Below, in pieces: positions 40,635 to 54,383 of a DNA stretch of 64,000 nucleotides (positions are counted from its first letter, which is position 1; each line of letters starts with the position of its first letter). The translations under genes and the position numbers were made by a program. The stretch spans positions 89,156,001-89,220,000 of the forward strand of contig NC_043004.1 of the NCBI RefSeq assembly GCF_006345805.1, given 5' to 3'. The stretch is from Octopus sinensis. Taxonomy: Eukaryota. Under the pieces are notes generated by a model. The model was given only the letters and a program-made list of their open reading frames with translations, searched no databases and was not told the DNA's origin.

Positions 40635-40781
40635 CAAGAAGCTTGTTTTGCAACAAATGGCTACAGGTTCAGTCTCACTGCACACCACCTTGGGCGAGTG
40701 TCTTCGACTATAGCCCCAGGTCAACCAAAGCCTTGTTAGTGGATTTTGGTAGATGAAAACTGAAAGAAGATCGTGGAAGAA

Positions 40782-40819
<38 letters not shown>

Positions 40820-41129
40820 CCAGTTAATATACATACATACATACATACATACATACATACATACATACATACATACATACATAGAGGAGTAAACAAGAGA
40901 GACAGAGGCAGGCAGAAACAAGGAAAATGCCCCTGGTATTTGAATACTATGCAAACATTCTTTTAAAATACTTTTATTCAATTTTTCCAAAATTTAATTG
41001 TTTTCCATACTTACAGTTGAAAAATTGGCTGCTTATTTCTCTGGAACTGGTTGAGACGATGTAGACTTCACTGATGAGAACTCAACAAGTTTTGAAAATC
41101 AATTAAGGGTGTTCATATTTATTCTTTTC

Positions 41130-41505
41130 TTTTTGTTCTTTTATTTGTTTCAGTCATTTGACTGCAGCCATGCTGGAGCACTACCTTTAGTTGAACAAAT
41201 TGACCTTAGGACTTATTCTTTGCAAGCCTAGTACTTATTCTATCAGTCACTTTTTGCCAAACTGCTAAGTTACAGGGGACATAAACACACCAACATCGGT
41301 TGTCAAGTGTACTAGACAAACACAGACACGCAAACATATACATATATACAACGGGCTTCTCTCAGTTTCTGTCTACCAAATCCACTTTGGTCAGCCCAAG
41401 GCTATAGTAGAAGACACTTGCCCAAGGTGCCACACAGTGGGATTGAACCTGGAATCTTGTCATTGGTAAGCAAGCTACTAACCACACAGCAACTCCTGTG
41501 CCTAT
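41130..41505 (-). mobile_element. SINE family 1 copy
   Basis: Reverse-complement homology. Confidence 0.88.
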
Positions 41506-41539
41506 ATTTGTTCATATTTTCTATTATATATATACGTAT

Positions 41540-41578
<39 letters not shown>

Positions 41579-41839
41579 AAGTGATAAATAACAAGAGAAA
41601 TATGCGATGATAAAATTTATCTAACAATTGAAAATTCTTGTCGTTAAGAATTTCCGGTGGGTAAATAAATTTTATCACAGTATATGTTTCTCTCGTTCTT
41701 TATCACATTATACACTCCTTATGTTTTTCCCTTATGTCATACTATGTATTCTATATGTTCTGTAGAATGATAGATTAAATAGCATTTTTTATGAGTAGTA
41801 CTGGATTACTTGAATCCATATATTGTGATTTAAATTCAT

Positions 41840-42125
41840 ACATCATCATCATCATTTTCATTTAGCGTCCGCTTTCCATGCTAGCATGGGTTGGACGGTT
41901 CAACTGGGGTCTGTGAAGCCAGAAGGCAGCATCAGGCCCAGTCTGATCTGGCAGTGTTTCTAGGGCTGGATGCCCTTCCTAACGCCAACCACTCCATGAG
42001 TGTAGTGGGTGCTTTTTACGTGCCACCTGCACAGGTGCCAGACGGAGCTGGCAAACGGCCATGAACGGATGGTGCTTTTACATGCCACCGGCACGGGGGC
42101 CAGGCGAGGCTGGCAACGGACACGT
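41840..42125 (-). mobile_element. RTE 3' tail with A and B array units
   Basis: Homologous to 62850-63140. Confidence 0.88.
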
Positions 42126-42745
42126 GTATATATATATTGTGTTGTGTCTGGGGAGAGTCATTCTGTTTTGGTGCCTTATAATTTAACACATCACCAGTAA
42201 AACACAGTGTTTCTCAGTGTCTTGCTAACTTGACCAAAGCTTATTTTATTATTTTTTTTGGGGGGTGGATTTGGTTTGCAAGATTCTTTATGTGTTGAAG
42301 CATATTCTGTTGTATCTGGGGAGAGTCATTCTCTTTTGGTGCCTTATAATTATAAGGCACCAAAAGAGAATGATTCTCCCCAGACACAACAAAATGGAGC
42401 CTGGGGCAGTCCCTAGCTCCCCAGACCCCGGTCGAAACCGTCCAACCCGTGCTAGCGCGGAAAACGGACGTTAAACGATGATGATGATGATGATGATGAT
42501 AGTAATATGTAAAAGTAAATCCAAAGTGTAGGAAGACAGCAAACTTTGAGCAGTCCAGAGAAAATATAAAAACCAACTTTCAGGAAGAATAGTGATTTAC
42601 TGATATTGAAAGTTGTAAATTTTTCCCGTATCAAAGTTTGATAAACTGAAAAAAGTTCACTTCTATATTTAAGAGATGAGGAATTATGTACATTATTTAC
42701 ATTATTTACATTTGATGGATATTTGTCCTCATCTTGTTTGTTGTT

Positions 42746-42791
42746 AACACAATGTTTCAGCTGATATACCCTCCAGCCTTCATCAAGTGTC
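42746..42791 (-). ncRNA. Hammerhead ribozyme motif, left arm
   Basis: GACAC-TTGATGA-a-GGCTG-loop-CAGCT-GAAA-CATT-GTGTT. Confidence 0.65.
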
Positions 42792-42944
42792 TTGGGGAAA
42801 TTTCGAACCTGGTTTATCATTCTTAAGATATTTTTCGATGTCATTATTATTATCATTATTATTATTATATTATTATTATTATTATTATTATTATATTATT
42901 ATTATTATTATTATTATTATTATCATTATTATTATTATTGTATG

Positions 42945-43027
42945 CCCATGAGCATATGGTATAGTGGTTAAGAGCGCGGGCTACTAACCCCAAGATTCTG
43001 AGTTCGATTCCAAGCAGTGACCTGAAC
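42945..43027 (+). mobile_element. tRNA-like Pol III head (SINE-type), not a functional tRNA
   Basis: A box TGGTATAGTGGTTAAG, GGG-CTACTAA-CCC anticodon-like loop, B box GAGTTCGATTCC; no acceptor stem. Confidence 0.7.
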
Positions 43028-43128
43028 AATAATAATAATAATAATAATAATAATATAATAATAAAATAATAACAACAACATCGAAAAATAACGTTGGGAA
43101 TGAGAACCCAGGTTTGAAATTTCCCCAA

Positions 43129-43174
43129 GACACCTGATGAAAGCTGGAGGGTATATCAGCCAAAACATTGTGTT
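43129..43174 (+). ncRNA. Hammerhead ribozyme motif, right arm
   Basis: GACAC-CTGATGA-aa-GCTG-loop-CAGC-c-AAAA-CATT-GTGTT; changes are consistent with CpG decay of CGAAACGTT. Confidence 0.65.
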
Positions 43175-43371
43175 AACAACAAACAAGATGAGGACAAATA
43201 TCCATCAAATGTAAATAACGTACATAATGTAAATAATGGAAAAAGTTCTTTTGTAGTTCACGGTTAGCAATTGGCATTGCTGTGTATGCAAATAAAAATC
43301 CAAATTTAAGGAATGGAGTAGATAAAATTTAGGCTGCATATGTACCCTAGGTTTATTTACTCTATTTCCTA

Positions 43372-43412
<41 letters not shown>

Positions 43413-43679
43413 CGTAGGAGTGGGTGTGTGGTAAGTAGCTTGCTTATGAACTACATGGTTCCGAGTTCAGTCCCACTGCGTGACACCTTAGACAAGTGTC
43501 TTCTGCTATAGCGTCTGGCTGACCAAAGCCTTGTGAGAGGATTTGGTAGACGGAAACTGAAAGAAACCTATCATATATATGTATATAATATATATATATA
43601 TACTATAGATATATATATATATATATATATACATGTATATATATATATAGCAGTTCAGGAAAATATATATATATATATA

Positions 43680-44892
43680 TTCTTTTACTTGTTCCAATCA
43701 TTTGACTGTGGCCATGCTAGAGCACCACCTTAAGGGGTTTTAGTTGAACAAATCAACCCGAGGATTTATTCTTTGTAAGCCTAGTACTTGTTCTATCAGG
43801 CTTTTGCTGAACTACTAAGTTATGGGGATATAAACACACCAACAGTGGTTGTCATGTGATGGTGGTGGGGACAAACACAGACACACAAATACATACACAC
43901 ATATATACAGACTGTGGTAAATATATTGTCATCTAAATTACGCAAAAATGAAAATAACACTGACATCTCATTTTAACAGATATATTTACCAAAATTACAT
44001 AAAAATATATCTTGAAATATTAAAGAGTAAATTCATTCAATGAAATTGCCATTAGCTTCAACCACAGCCTCCTGACGACTTCGGAATCTCCTGTAACTCT
44101 TCTGGATGGTCTCCTTATTTAAGTTGATGAATGCTGCCATAATCCTTGCCTTCAGTTCATCTTTGGTGTTACAAAGGGTTTTGCTCAACTGCACCCTATA
44201 CGTAATAATCAAGGGAATTGCAGTCTGGGCAGTTATGTGATCAGACATTAGGGTTGGTTTGGTCACAGACACTGTCTGACAGCCATGACTGGGTTCTCCT
44301 GCTTGTGTGGCATGGTGCAGAGTCCTGTTGCCAGACATAGGGTCTTCCAGCAGCCCCATCTTGACCCAGGGCAGCACTACCTCCACAATGTTGAGTCTGA
44401 AGCCGTACAGGAAGATGAATGGAGACATAATGTCGCCATCACTAGTGATCACTCCAAACACCATGATGTTGACTGGATGTTTGATTTTTATCACTCTCGG
44501 TACATGTCCTCAGCTTGACACCTAAACCCTCTGAAGTGTTCATATTGGAGCTTCTGGCATGAATGCCAAGCAGTACAGCATGTTGCTTCCAAATTTCTGG
44601 CAGAGTGAATAGCGTCATGGTGTTGTTTTTCACACAGATAGTGCCCAACTGACCCAACCATACTGTGTAGTCAAGAAAATCAAAAACAAGCAATGCACAT
44701 GCACGAAATTAAGTGGTATAAAATGGTGACAATTTACCCATTGCACCCTGTACATATATATATATATACATATGTGTGTGTGTGTATGTATACCATACAA
44801 TGGTCTTTTTTCAGTTTCCGTCTACCAAATCCACTCTCAGGCCTTGATTGGCCAAAAGCTATACTAGTAGAAGGTACTTGCCCAAGGTGCCA
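43680..44892 (-). mobile_element. SINE family 1 copy split by a Tc1/mariner insertion
   Basis: SINE halves at 43680-43905 and about 44790-44892. Confidence 0.75.
43906..44752 (-). mobile_element. Tc1/mariner-superfamily element (maT/DD37D-like), internally deleted
   Basis: KHPVNIMVFGVITSDG, WQQDSAPCH, PDCNSLDYYV, RFRSRQEAVVEANGNFIE; TA-flanked ends. Confidence 0.8.
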
Positions 44893-45759
44893 CTATATAT
44901 ATATATATAGGACAAATTTTAACTGTCTCTCTGTAGACTGGAAAAAAAATTATCAACAGCCTTAATTAATTTTCCTACCTTATTGAGTTCTCCTCAGAGG
45001 TATCTGCATCATTCAATCAATCCCAGAAAAACAAACAGCCAATCTGTTTATATACTCAAAAATTACACAATTACAGTAGCTACAGATAATGGGTGTTACT
45101 AATTTGCATACCATAAGTATATACAATGGATTCCTTTCAGTTTCTGATAGCCAAATGCATTCACAGAGCTTTAGTCAGCCCAGGGATGTGACAGAAGACA
45201 CTTGCTTGAGGTGCAATACAATGGAATTGAAACCAAAACCATGTTGTTGGGAGGGGAACTTTTTAACACCACAGCTATGCCTGCACCTATAAACAAAAAA
45301 AGTACCTTGTTTACTCTGTGTAGTGGCTGGCATTAGGAAAGGCATCCGGCTGTAGAAACCATGCCAAAGCAGACACTGGTAGCCTAATCATTATTTTATT
45401 GGCCTTTCTTTGTGGCCTGGTATTTATTTTATTGGTCTTTCTTGCCGAATCACTATGAGGACATAAACAAACCAACACCGGTTGTGAAGCAGTGATGAGA
45501 GACAAAAACAAACCCAAAGTTATACTCACTGCTTCGTGTGTGTGTGTGTGTGTGTGTGTGTAATGGACTTCTTTCAGTTTCTGTCTAGCAAATCCACTGA
45601 CAAGGTTGTGATTGGCCCAAGGTACCATGCAGTGGGACTACACACACACACACACACACATATAAGCACTTGTGTGTGTGTGTTTGAGGTCATGTAAACA
45701 AGAGGGGTTTTATCAAACCTAAAACCTAATGATAATATAATAATTGCATGACTTCTTAC

Positions 45760-45795
45760 CTTAAAAGGGGACAACGATACATTTTGTGTAGGTTC
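45760..45795 (-). CDS. Candidate host micro-exon (EPTQNVSLSPFK)
   Basis: cttttacag| and |gtaaga splice sites; 36 bp; in frame with the candidate exon at 45900-45958. Confidence 0.4.
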
Positions 45796-45899
45796 CTGTA
45801 AAAGATAAACAGATACCTACAAGTAATTAAAGTGAAATAACAGTTTTTAAGTTGAAGCAAAAGGGGAGAACATCATCAAAAGGACTTGGAATAACTTAC

Positions 45900-45958
45900 C
45901 TTTTCCTTGTAAGGCGACATACTTTTAAGGGTATCCATCACTCTTGTCACTACATTAT
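45900..45958 (-). CDS. Candidate host exon (NVVTRVMDTLKSMSPYKEK)
   Basis: AAG|gtaagt donor, aag acceptor, 104-bp intron to the next candidate exon; non-repetitive sequence. Confidence 0.4.
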
Positions 45959-46328
45959 CTTGTTCAGGGAAAATGTAAGACATTGTTCTTTTGTTTGTTT
46001 TGTTTTGTTTTTGTTGTGTTTTTTTTGTTTTAAGGTTGTTTTTTTTTTGTTATTTTTAACAATAGTAATCACTAGTAATCACTTCACTGGAAACTTCTGG
46101 AAGTATTTTTTTTAATAATTTTTAATTATTATTTTTTGTGTGTGTGTTCTAGAAATGTTCATGACCTGATTGAGTTTTCTGTTCTTTTTTTTTTCCTAAT
46201 GAGGAATTTATCTTGAAATTTTCTTTCTTCAAATTGATATAGTGCATGAGAGAGAGGGAGAGAGAGAGAAGGAAGGAGAAAGAGAGAGAGAGCTATGTAT
46301 ATGTATATATTTATATATGTTTATATAC

Positions 46329-46359
<31 letters not shown>

Positions 46360-46968
46360 TATATATATGTATATATATGCTTAAATGTATATGTATGTGT
46401 GTGTTATGTATATGTATGCCTGTTTAGTATAACTTTCTGTTATGGTGTATATAAATATATACATAGATGTGTTTCGTGGAAAGAGGTTGTAGATGGAGTT
46501 TTATACATATTTGCATTCCTGCAGCTGTTCATAAATATACAGTCAATTTATACACTCACATATTTAAATATGCACACATACATGCACACACACACACTTA
46601 GACACGCAGACACATTTAAACACATGATCATCTATATTTATACACATTCTTTTAAAATGCAACACACTTCAATCACTTCATATATAGTTAGATAGATAGA
46701 TAGATATGCGTATGATTGTATGTATGTATGAGTGTGGGTATGTATGTATATTTGTAGGTAGGTATATGTGTATGTATAAATAATACTAACAACAATGAGC
46801 TTATTGTTCACAGTGCTCAGGTGCACTTGTTTCCACAACGTATATGAGAGTGTTTAAGTAATATACACTTATACTTGTTAAGATATATGAACTTATATGT
46901 GTATATAGGTGCATGTATGTACGTATATATATGAATGTATATATATGTATGTGTATGTATGTACGTAC

Positions 46969-46999
<31 letters not shown>

Positions 47000-47219
47000 T
47001 GTATGTATGTATGTATGTATGTATGTACGTGTGTATGTACGTGTGTATGTGTATCACTATTTAAAAGCCTGCACCGAGCAAAGACATGTGTTTAAAGTAT
47101 TTCTGTGTCAACAAAGTTGACAGGCTTTGATATTATATCTATTGAATAACAAATTTGCTTTTCACAATTCACAGCTAATTAAAGTAATGAAGATGTGTAA
47201 CAATATTAATGCTGCTGCG

Positions 47220-47344
47220 ACTGTTACTACTACCACTACCACTCCGCAGCTAACTACTACAACAACAACAACTACTACTACTACTACTACTGCCGTTGCC
47301 ATAATTATTATCATCATCATTATAATTGATTCCTGACCTATCAA

Positions 47345-47380
<36 letters not shown>

Positions 47381-47518
47381 GTTAATATCACCACCACCAT
47401 CACCACCATCACCACCATCATCAGTATCAGTATCATCATCACCACCACCCCCACCACCACCGCTACCATCACCACCATCACAAATGCCACCACTGCCACT
47501 GCCACCACCACTACTACC

Positions 47519-47552
<34 letters not shown>

Positions 47553-48341
47553 TCATTACAGTCTTCATTGCCACCGGTGATGTCAGAATACACTGCCTTC
47601 ATCCTCATCCACCTGCCCATTCCTCCTCCTCTTTTCCACCGTGTCTCTTTCCCCTAAATTGATTATATCATTGATCTGTTTGTGGCATCCGTTCTCGTCT
47701 TTCTCTTTTTTTTCCCCACTCCCACTCCACCCTGCCTCACTCTACTTCAAACTTTACTCTTTGCAATCCTCCACTCCTCCCAATGCAGCTACCGCCTCAG
47801 CCACCACCACAGTTACCACTGTGCCACCACTTGTACCGCCATGATCTCTCCGCTCACCTTCCTCCATAACCAGTCACTGTAACATCTGTTTCATCACCTC
47901 ATCTAAATCACCAAGATAAACACCATCATCGCCGCCACACCATCGGCACTTCGCCATAATCCAATCACATCAGTAACATCATTGGCATCATCATCATCAT
48001 TGTCAACATCGCAATGATCATCATTATCAGTTTCATCATTGTCATTATCATCATCATCATCATTATTATCGTCATCATCACCACCACCACTACCAGCATA
48101 GATATCATCATCATCATCTACATTGTCGTCATCATCATTATTGTCATCGTCGTCACAGTCATCATCTTCAATATCACTCATCATCATCATCATCATCATC
48201 ATCCTCACCACCATTATCATCTTGATTGTCTGCCACCATCGCCACCACTATCAATATCATCATCACCATCATCGTCACAATCATCATCGTCACCTTCATC
48301 ATTCTCACCACCACCACCATCAATATCATCATCACCATCGC

Positions 48342-48373
<32 letters not shown>

Positions 48374-48470
48374 CCATCACCATCACCATCACCATCATCA
48401 TCATCATCATCATCATCATCCCCTTCATCATTCTCGCCACCACCACCATCAATATCGTCATCACCATCGC

Positions 48471-48505
<35 letters not shown>

Positions 48506-48990
48506 CCTTCATCATTCTCACCACCACCACCATCAATATCGTCATCACCATCGCCATCATCATCATCATCATCATCACCTTCATCATTCTCGCCACCATC
48601 CTGTCTGCCACATGCAGCCTCCATCAGGCAAGTGTAAGCATCATCACTATCCTCGACACCAAGATAATCTCTCCCCCACCACCATCACCACCATCGACAA
48701 CAACAACAAAAAGATTATATTATCAGCCCACCACCACCACCACCACCCTTTCCACTGCTACAACTAATAAAAAAAAAAGCGAAAACAATCACTCCACCAC
48801 ATCACAACCACCACCATGAATGTAATTAGAATTAACGCTGCCACCACCACCACGAATTACACAACTCACTCAACCTAATACTACCACATCCAACCCCCAC
48901 CACCACCACCACTGCCATCATCGTCATCATCATCGTCATCATCATCGTCATCATCATCATCATCATCATTACCATCGTCATCATCATCTT
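47220..48990. repeat. (ATC/ACC)n low-complexity domain with higher-order repeats at 48240-48600
   Basis: Direct. Confidence 0.9.
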
Positions 48991-49901
48991 CATTCTAGTC
49001 TCAGTAAGAGGCTCATTCCCATCACAATTCTGTAATTATGTTATTAATCACAGGTATTACTTCCCAAGTGTTATTATCTGATTAATAACCTCATCAACAA
49101 TTTACAACACATTATCAAAGCATCTACTGATATATACATAAATATATATATATATATATATACACACACACGCAAGCATATACATACATACATACATACA
49201 TACATACATACATACATACATACATACATACATACATACATACATACATACATACATACATCATATATATGTGTATATATGTGACTGTGTCTATACATGT
49301 GTGTGTATGTATGCATTTATGTAAATGTATGTATATAGCTATAGTCATATACATATACATAGATACATATATGTGTGGTACGTAGTAATGTGTAAATAAA
49401 CATTTATACATACATAGCTACATGTATGTACATATGCAAATATGCATATACATATATACATACATATATATATATATATTATGTATATTATGCATAATAC
49501 ATGTATGTATGTGTCTATGCATATATATATATATATATATAATATATATATATATATGCATATTTAGATACAGTTATATATTTTGTGTATATATGTGTAT
49601 GCATGTGTGTGTGCTTTCTAGTGTGTATGTGTAAATATATAGCTTCTTCTCTTTTAATTTTTTTCCCTTTTTCCTTTCATCTGATGAAGATTTTAGGTCA
49701 GAAACATTTAAACATTATCATTTCCATTTCTCTGAGCATGAAACGAATAAAAATAACCAAAACTTTATTGTATTTTGTCTTGTTTTTCATATTGTCATTT
49801 TCATAATCTATCTATATACACACATACACACATATGTGTATACATACATATGTATACACACATATGTGTATACATACAAAGATGTGTGTGTGTGTGTTTA
49901 T

Positions 49902-49936
<35 letters not shown>

Positions 49937-50688
49937 ATAACAAAATAATAAATAAAACATATGCATATATACATACATATATGTACGTACCTACATCTAT
50001 ATGTACATATACATGCATATATGGGTACAGGACACCAAAAAAAAAACGTTGAACACAATGAGAAACAAAAACATAAAAACAAAACCAAGGAAATGGACAT
50101 TTTTCTTAAACAACGAAAAAATAGAGTGCAAGACATACAACACAAAGAACATTCCTCTTCTTCAGTCGCCTTTGTTTCATCTACTCCGCGTTTCGAAGGT
50201 AAACTATATATATACAGTCATCATTATTTTAATGTATACTTTCCTATCCTTGAACTGGCAGAGGAAATTCAATGAGGCAGATTTTCTACGGCCAGATGCC
50301 CTCCCTGTCACCAACACTCACGTGTTTCCAAATAAGGTAATATTTCCCCATCACCCCAGGCAGGTTTTCCCCAGAAGATTGGAAATGAAGGACACCGCTT
50401 GCACGACAGTGACGCTTGTTTACAGCTATCATGCACTGTCAAGACAAGGAGATACTAACAAACCCACACTCATATGCATACATATATCATTGTCATTATT
50501 TATTATTTAACACCCATTTTCCATGCTGGCATGAGTTGTATGATCTGACAGGAGCTGGCAAAGTTACGCTCTACACTTGACTTCATTGTCTGATGTGTGT
50601 GTGTGTGTGTGCGTGTGTGCGTGTGTATGTGTGTGTGTGTGTGCATGTGTGTGTGTGTATGAATGTATGTATGTATGTATATATAAGC

Positions 50689-50751
<63 letters not shown>

Positions 50752-51078
50752 TATGAAGGTGTGTGGCTTAGTGGTTAGGGACATTTGGCTCATGGTCATA
50801 AGGTCGTTTCAGTAACTCAGAGTTTTATCTTGGCTACCGAATAATTGTCACTTATTTTTACAGATAAATTCCTCTATTTACATAATATTGAGGTCTCTTT
50901 CATTCATTTGTTCTCTTACCATTTTTATCAATATATACATACATACATACATACATACATACAGTGGTGAGGGTGTTGCACTCATGATCACTAGACTGCA
51001 AGTTTGATTCCCAAACCAGACTGCACATTGTGTGTTTGTTTGTGTTTACACTCATATGTGTTTGTGTGTGCACATGAT

Positions 51079-51312
51079 TATCATTTAATAAGCACAGGAT
51101 TTAAATGTAATCTACTATAAGTTTCATGCTTGGATAGTGCAGTAATCGGATGGATTTCTATAGCATACCATAATCAGATGGGCTTGTATAGCATGTTTAA
51201 ATAGGTTACATGATGGTACACAATGCACTGTACAAACCTGCTTGATTACTGTACCATCCAAGCATGAAACTTATGGTAACTCTCATTCAAATCCTGTGTT
51301 TATTAAATGATA
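51079..51312. mobile_element. MITE-like element with long inverted repeats
   Basis: TATCATTTAATAAGCACAGGATTT...GCAGTAATC pairs with GATTACTG...AAATCCTGTGTTTATTAAATGATA. Confidence 0.75.
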
Positions 51313-51519
51313 TATATTTCTTGCTGAATGGAGTAATTTCTTTCATTCAACTTACCAATAATGGAACAGCATATTATGTATATAATTATATATAAGTATT
51401 TATGAGCATAAGTGTATGTATATTTATACATATGTATGTATGTCTATATATTTATGTGTGTGTGATATATGTATACACACACGTATGCTCAAACATAGAT
51501 TTACATGCACAAATATAAA

Positions 51520-51651
51520 TGGATGAATGGATGGATGGATGGATGGATAGAAGGACGGACAGATAGACGGATGGACAGATGGACATACAGAGAAACAGAT
51601 GGATAGATAAAATGGATGGATGGATGGATGGAAGGATGGACAGCCAGACAG

Positions 51652-51736
<85 letters not shown>

Positions 51737-51737
51737 A

Positions 51738-51794
<57 letters not shown>

Positions 51795-51864
51795 CAGACA
51801 GATACAGAGAGAGAGAGAGAGTCAAACTGACAAACTGACAGACTGATGGAACATAGATAGATAT

Positions 51865-51896
<32 letters not shown>

Positions 51897-51905
51897 ATAG
51901 ATAGA
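51520..51905. repeat. (GGAT)n/(GATA)n/(GACA)n tract
   Basis: Direct. Confidence 0.95.
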
Positions 51906-52409
51906 AGAACACATTGATCCACATTTATTCATGTCATGCATATATACACACATATGTATTTATAAAAATATAGAAGGGTATTAATACATATATCAATAAT
52001 GATACACACGGCTACATACACACATACACACACACACATACACTGATGCATAGTGTGTGAATTACGTGTGTGCATACATGCTTCTTTGTGTGTATGTGTG
52101 TCTGTAAATACATTTGGATATGTGTTTGCATGCATATGTGTGTATCTGTGTGTATGTTGCACATATATGTATGTATGTGTGTTGTATGTGAATATTATAT
52201 ATATATGTAAGAAAATGTGTACCCATTCACATTTACCAAACAAATAGCTTTTAATAATCCTAACCAACACTGTAATCCAACAAGACAGATTAATAATCAT
52301 AAATGTGATCAGTGTGTGTGCATGCATTTTGCATATGTGTGTGTGTATATATGTATGTGTGTGTGTGTGTGTTTGTATTATGTATGTATGCATATTTATA
52401 TATGTATAT

Positions 52410-52780
52410 ACTCTTTTACACTTTATCTTGTTTCAGTCATTTGACTGCGGCCATGCTGTAGCACCGCCTTTAGTCGAGCAAATCAACCCCAGGACTTATT
52501 CCTTGTAATCCAGGTACTTATTCTATCAGTCTCTTTTTGCCAAACCACAAAGTGGCAGGGATGTAAACACACTAGCATCGGTTGTCAAGCGCTGTTGGAG
52601 GGACAAATACAGACACACAAACATATACACACACACATATATATATATACATATATATGACGGGTTTATTTCAGTTTCCGTCTACCAAATCCACTCACAA
52701 GGCTTTGGTCGGCCTGATGCTATAGTAGAGGACATTTGCCCAAGGTGCCATGCAGTGAGACTGAACCTGGAACCATGAGT
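52410..52780 (-). mobile_element. SINE family 1 copy
   Basis: Reverse-complement homology. Confidence 0.9.
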
Positions 52781-53773
52781 GTTTATTTAATTTTAAATTG
52801 TCTGTGTTTAGTAATGATCAAGGTACATATAATACAGAACATTAATTTACAACTGAATGTCCTTCCTGTTTGTCCATAAATTATTTAGTTATATCATCTT
52901 ACATATATTTCATTAACAATCAAAAATATCAGTTATGTAAGAAAAACAATACAAGCAAGCTACACTGTCAAATCTTCAGAGATTGTATAAGGCTCATTAG
53001 TAACATTTAAAATTTATACTAGACTGCAGATATTATGACTGTATCAATTGCTAGCAGAGCAGAATTGGCAACATGAAAATCTGCCTCAAAAAAATTCCAT
53101 CTGAGCTACACAAGTATGAAGAAGTGGACACTAAAACAGTAATGATGTAGTATGACCATGTGGTTAAGAGGCTTACTTCACAACCACATGGTTTGGGGTT
53201 CAGTCCCACTGCAAAGCACCTTGGGCAAGTGTCTTCTCAATAGCCATGAGCCAACCAATGCCATATGAGTGAATTTGGTAGATGGAAATGGTGTGGAAGC
53301 CCATTGTGTGTGTGTGTGTGTGTCTGTCTGTCTGTGTGTGTATGTGCGTACATGTGTTTTCTCCTGTAATAAATATGCTTGCATTAGCTGAAGAACAGTA
53401 GCAAGTATCGAATAAATCAAGAAGAAACTAAGTGTTCTGAATGCAAGTGTTCTATGCCCCTGTCATTTAATAAATATGCATGTATGTAAGTGTGTGTGTG
53501 TGTGAGTGTGTGTGTGTGCGTGTTTATGTTTGCCCTTTCCACCACGACCACCACCACTGCTTGCCAACTGGTGACACTTTGTTTACATCTCCTTAACTTA
53601 GCAGACAGCAAAATAGTTCAATAGACTAAGTAACGGACATAAAAAGAATAATATATATATTATATATATATATAATATATATATATATATTGGCCACAGC
53701 TCGTGAGCTGAAACTAGATAAAATAAAATAAAAAAATAATTAAAAAATACATATATATATATATACATATATT

Positions 53774-53826
<53 letters not shown>

Positions 53827-53844
53827 CTATATTATATATTATAT

Positions 53845-53913
<69 letters not shown>

Positions 53914-53919
53914 CATATC

Positions 53920-54320
53920 AGAATCGAATCGATCAATGGAAATCGATCAATGGAAATTGCAGATGTGTTACCAGTGCCGGTGGCATGTAAGAGAACTTTC
54001 CGTTTCGCGACCGTTGCCAGCACCGCCCCGTTTCGTGTCCGTTGCCAGCCTCGCCTGGCCCTCGTGCCGGTGGCACATAAAAAGCACCATCCGTTCGTGG
54101 CCGTTTGCCAGCTCTGTCTGGCACCAGTGCGGGTGGCACGTAAAAAAAAGCACCCTACACTCACGGAGTGGTTGGCGTTAGGAAGGGCATCCAGCCGTAG
54201 TAGAAACACTGCCAGATTTGACTGGGCCTGATGAAGCCTTCTGGCTTCACAGACCCTGTAGAACCGTCCAACCATGCTAGCATGGAAAACGGACGCTAAA
54301 TGATGATGATGATGATGATA
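53920..54320 (+). mobile_element. RTE 3' tail with B and A array units
   Basis: Homologous to 5640-6131 and to the reverse complement of 62850-63140. Confidence 0.88.
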
Positions 54321-54349
54321 ATATATATATATATATATATATATATAAC

Positions 54350-54383
<34 letters not shown>

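Noticed and set aside
42945-43027. Functional tRNA gene (ACT anticodon)
   Set aside because: No acceptor stem; SINE-like head
48014-48819. His-, Asp- or Ser-rich protein ORFs
   Set aside because: Several frames on both strands are open because of (ATC/ACC)n; no splice or codon evidence
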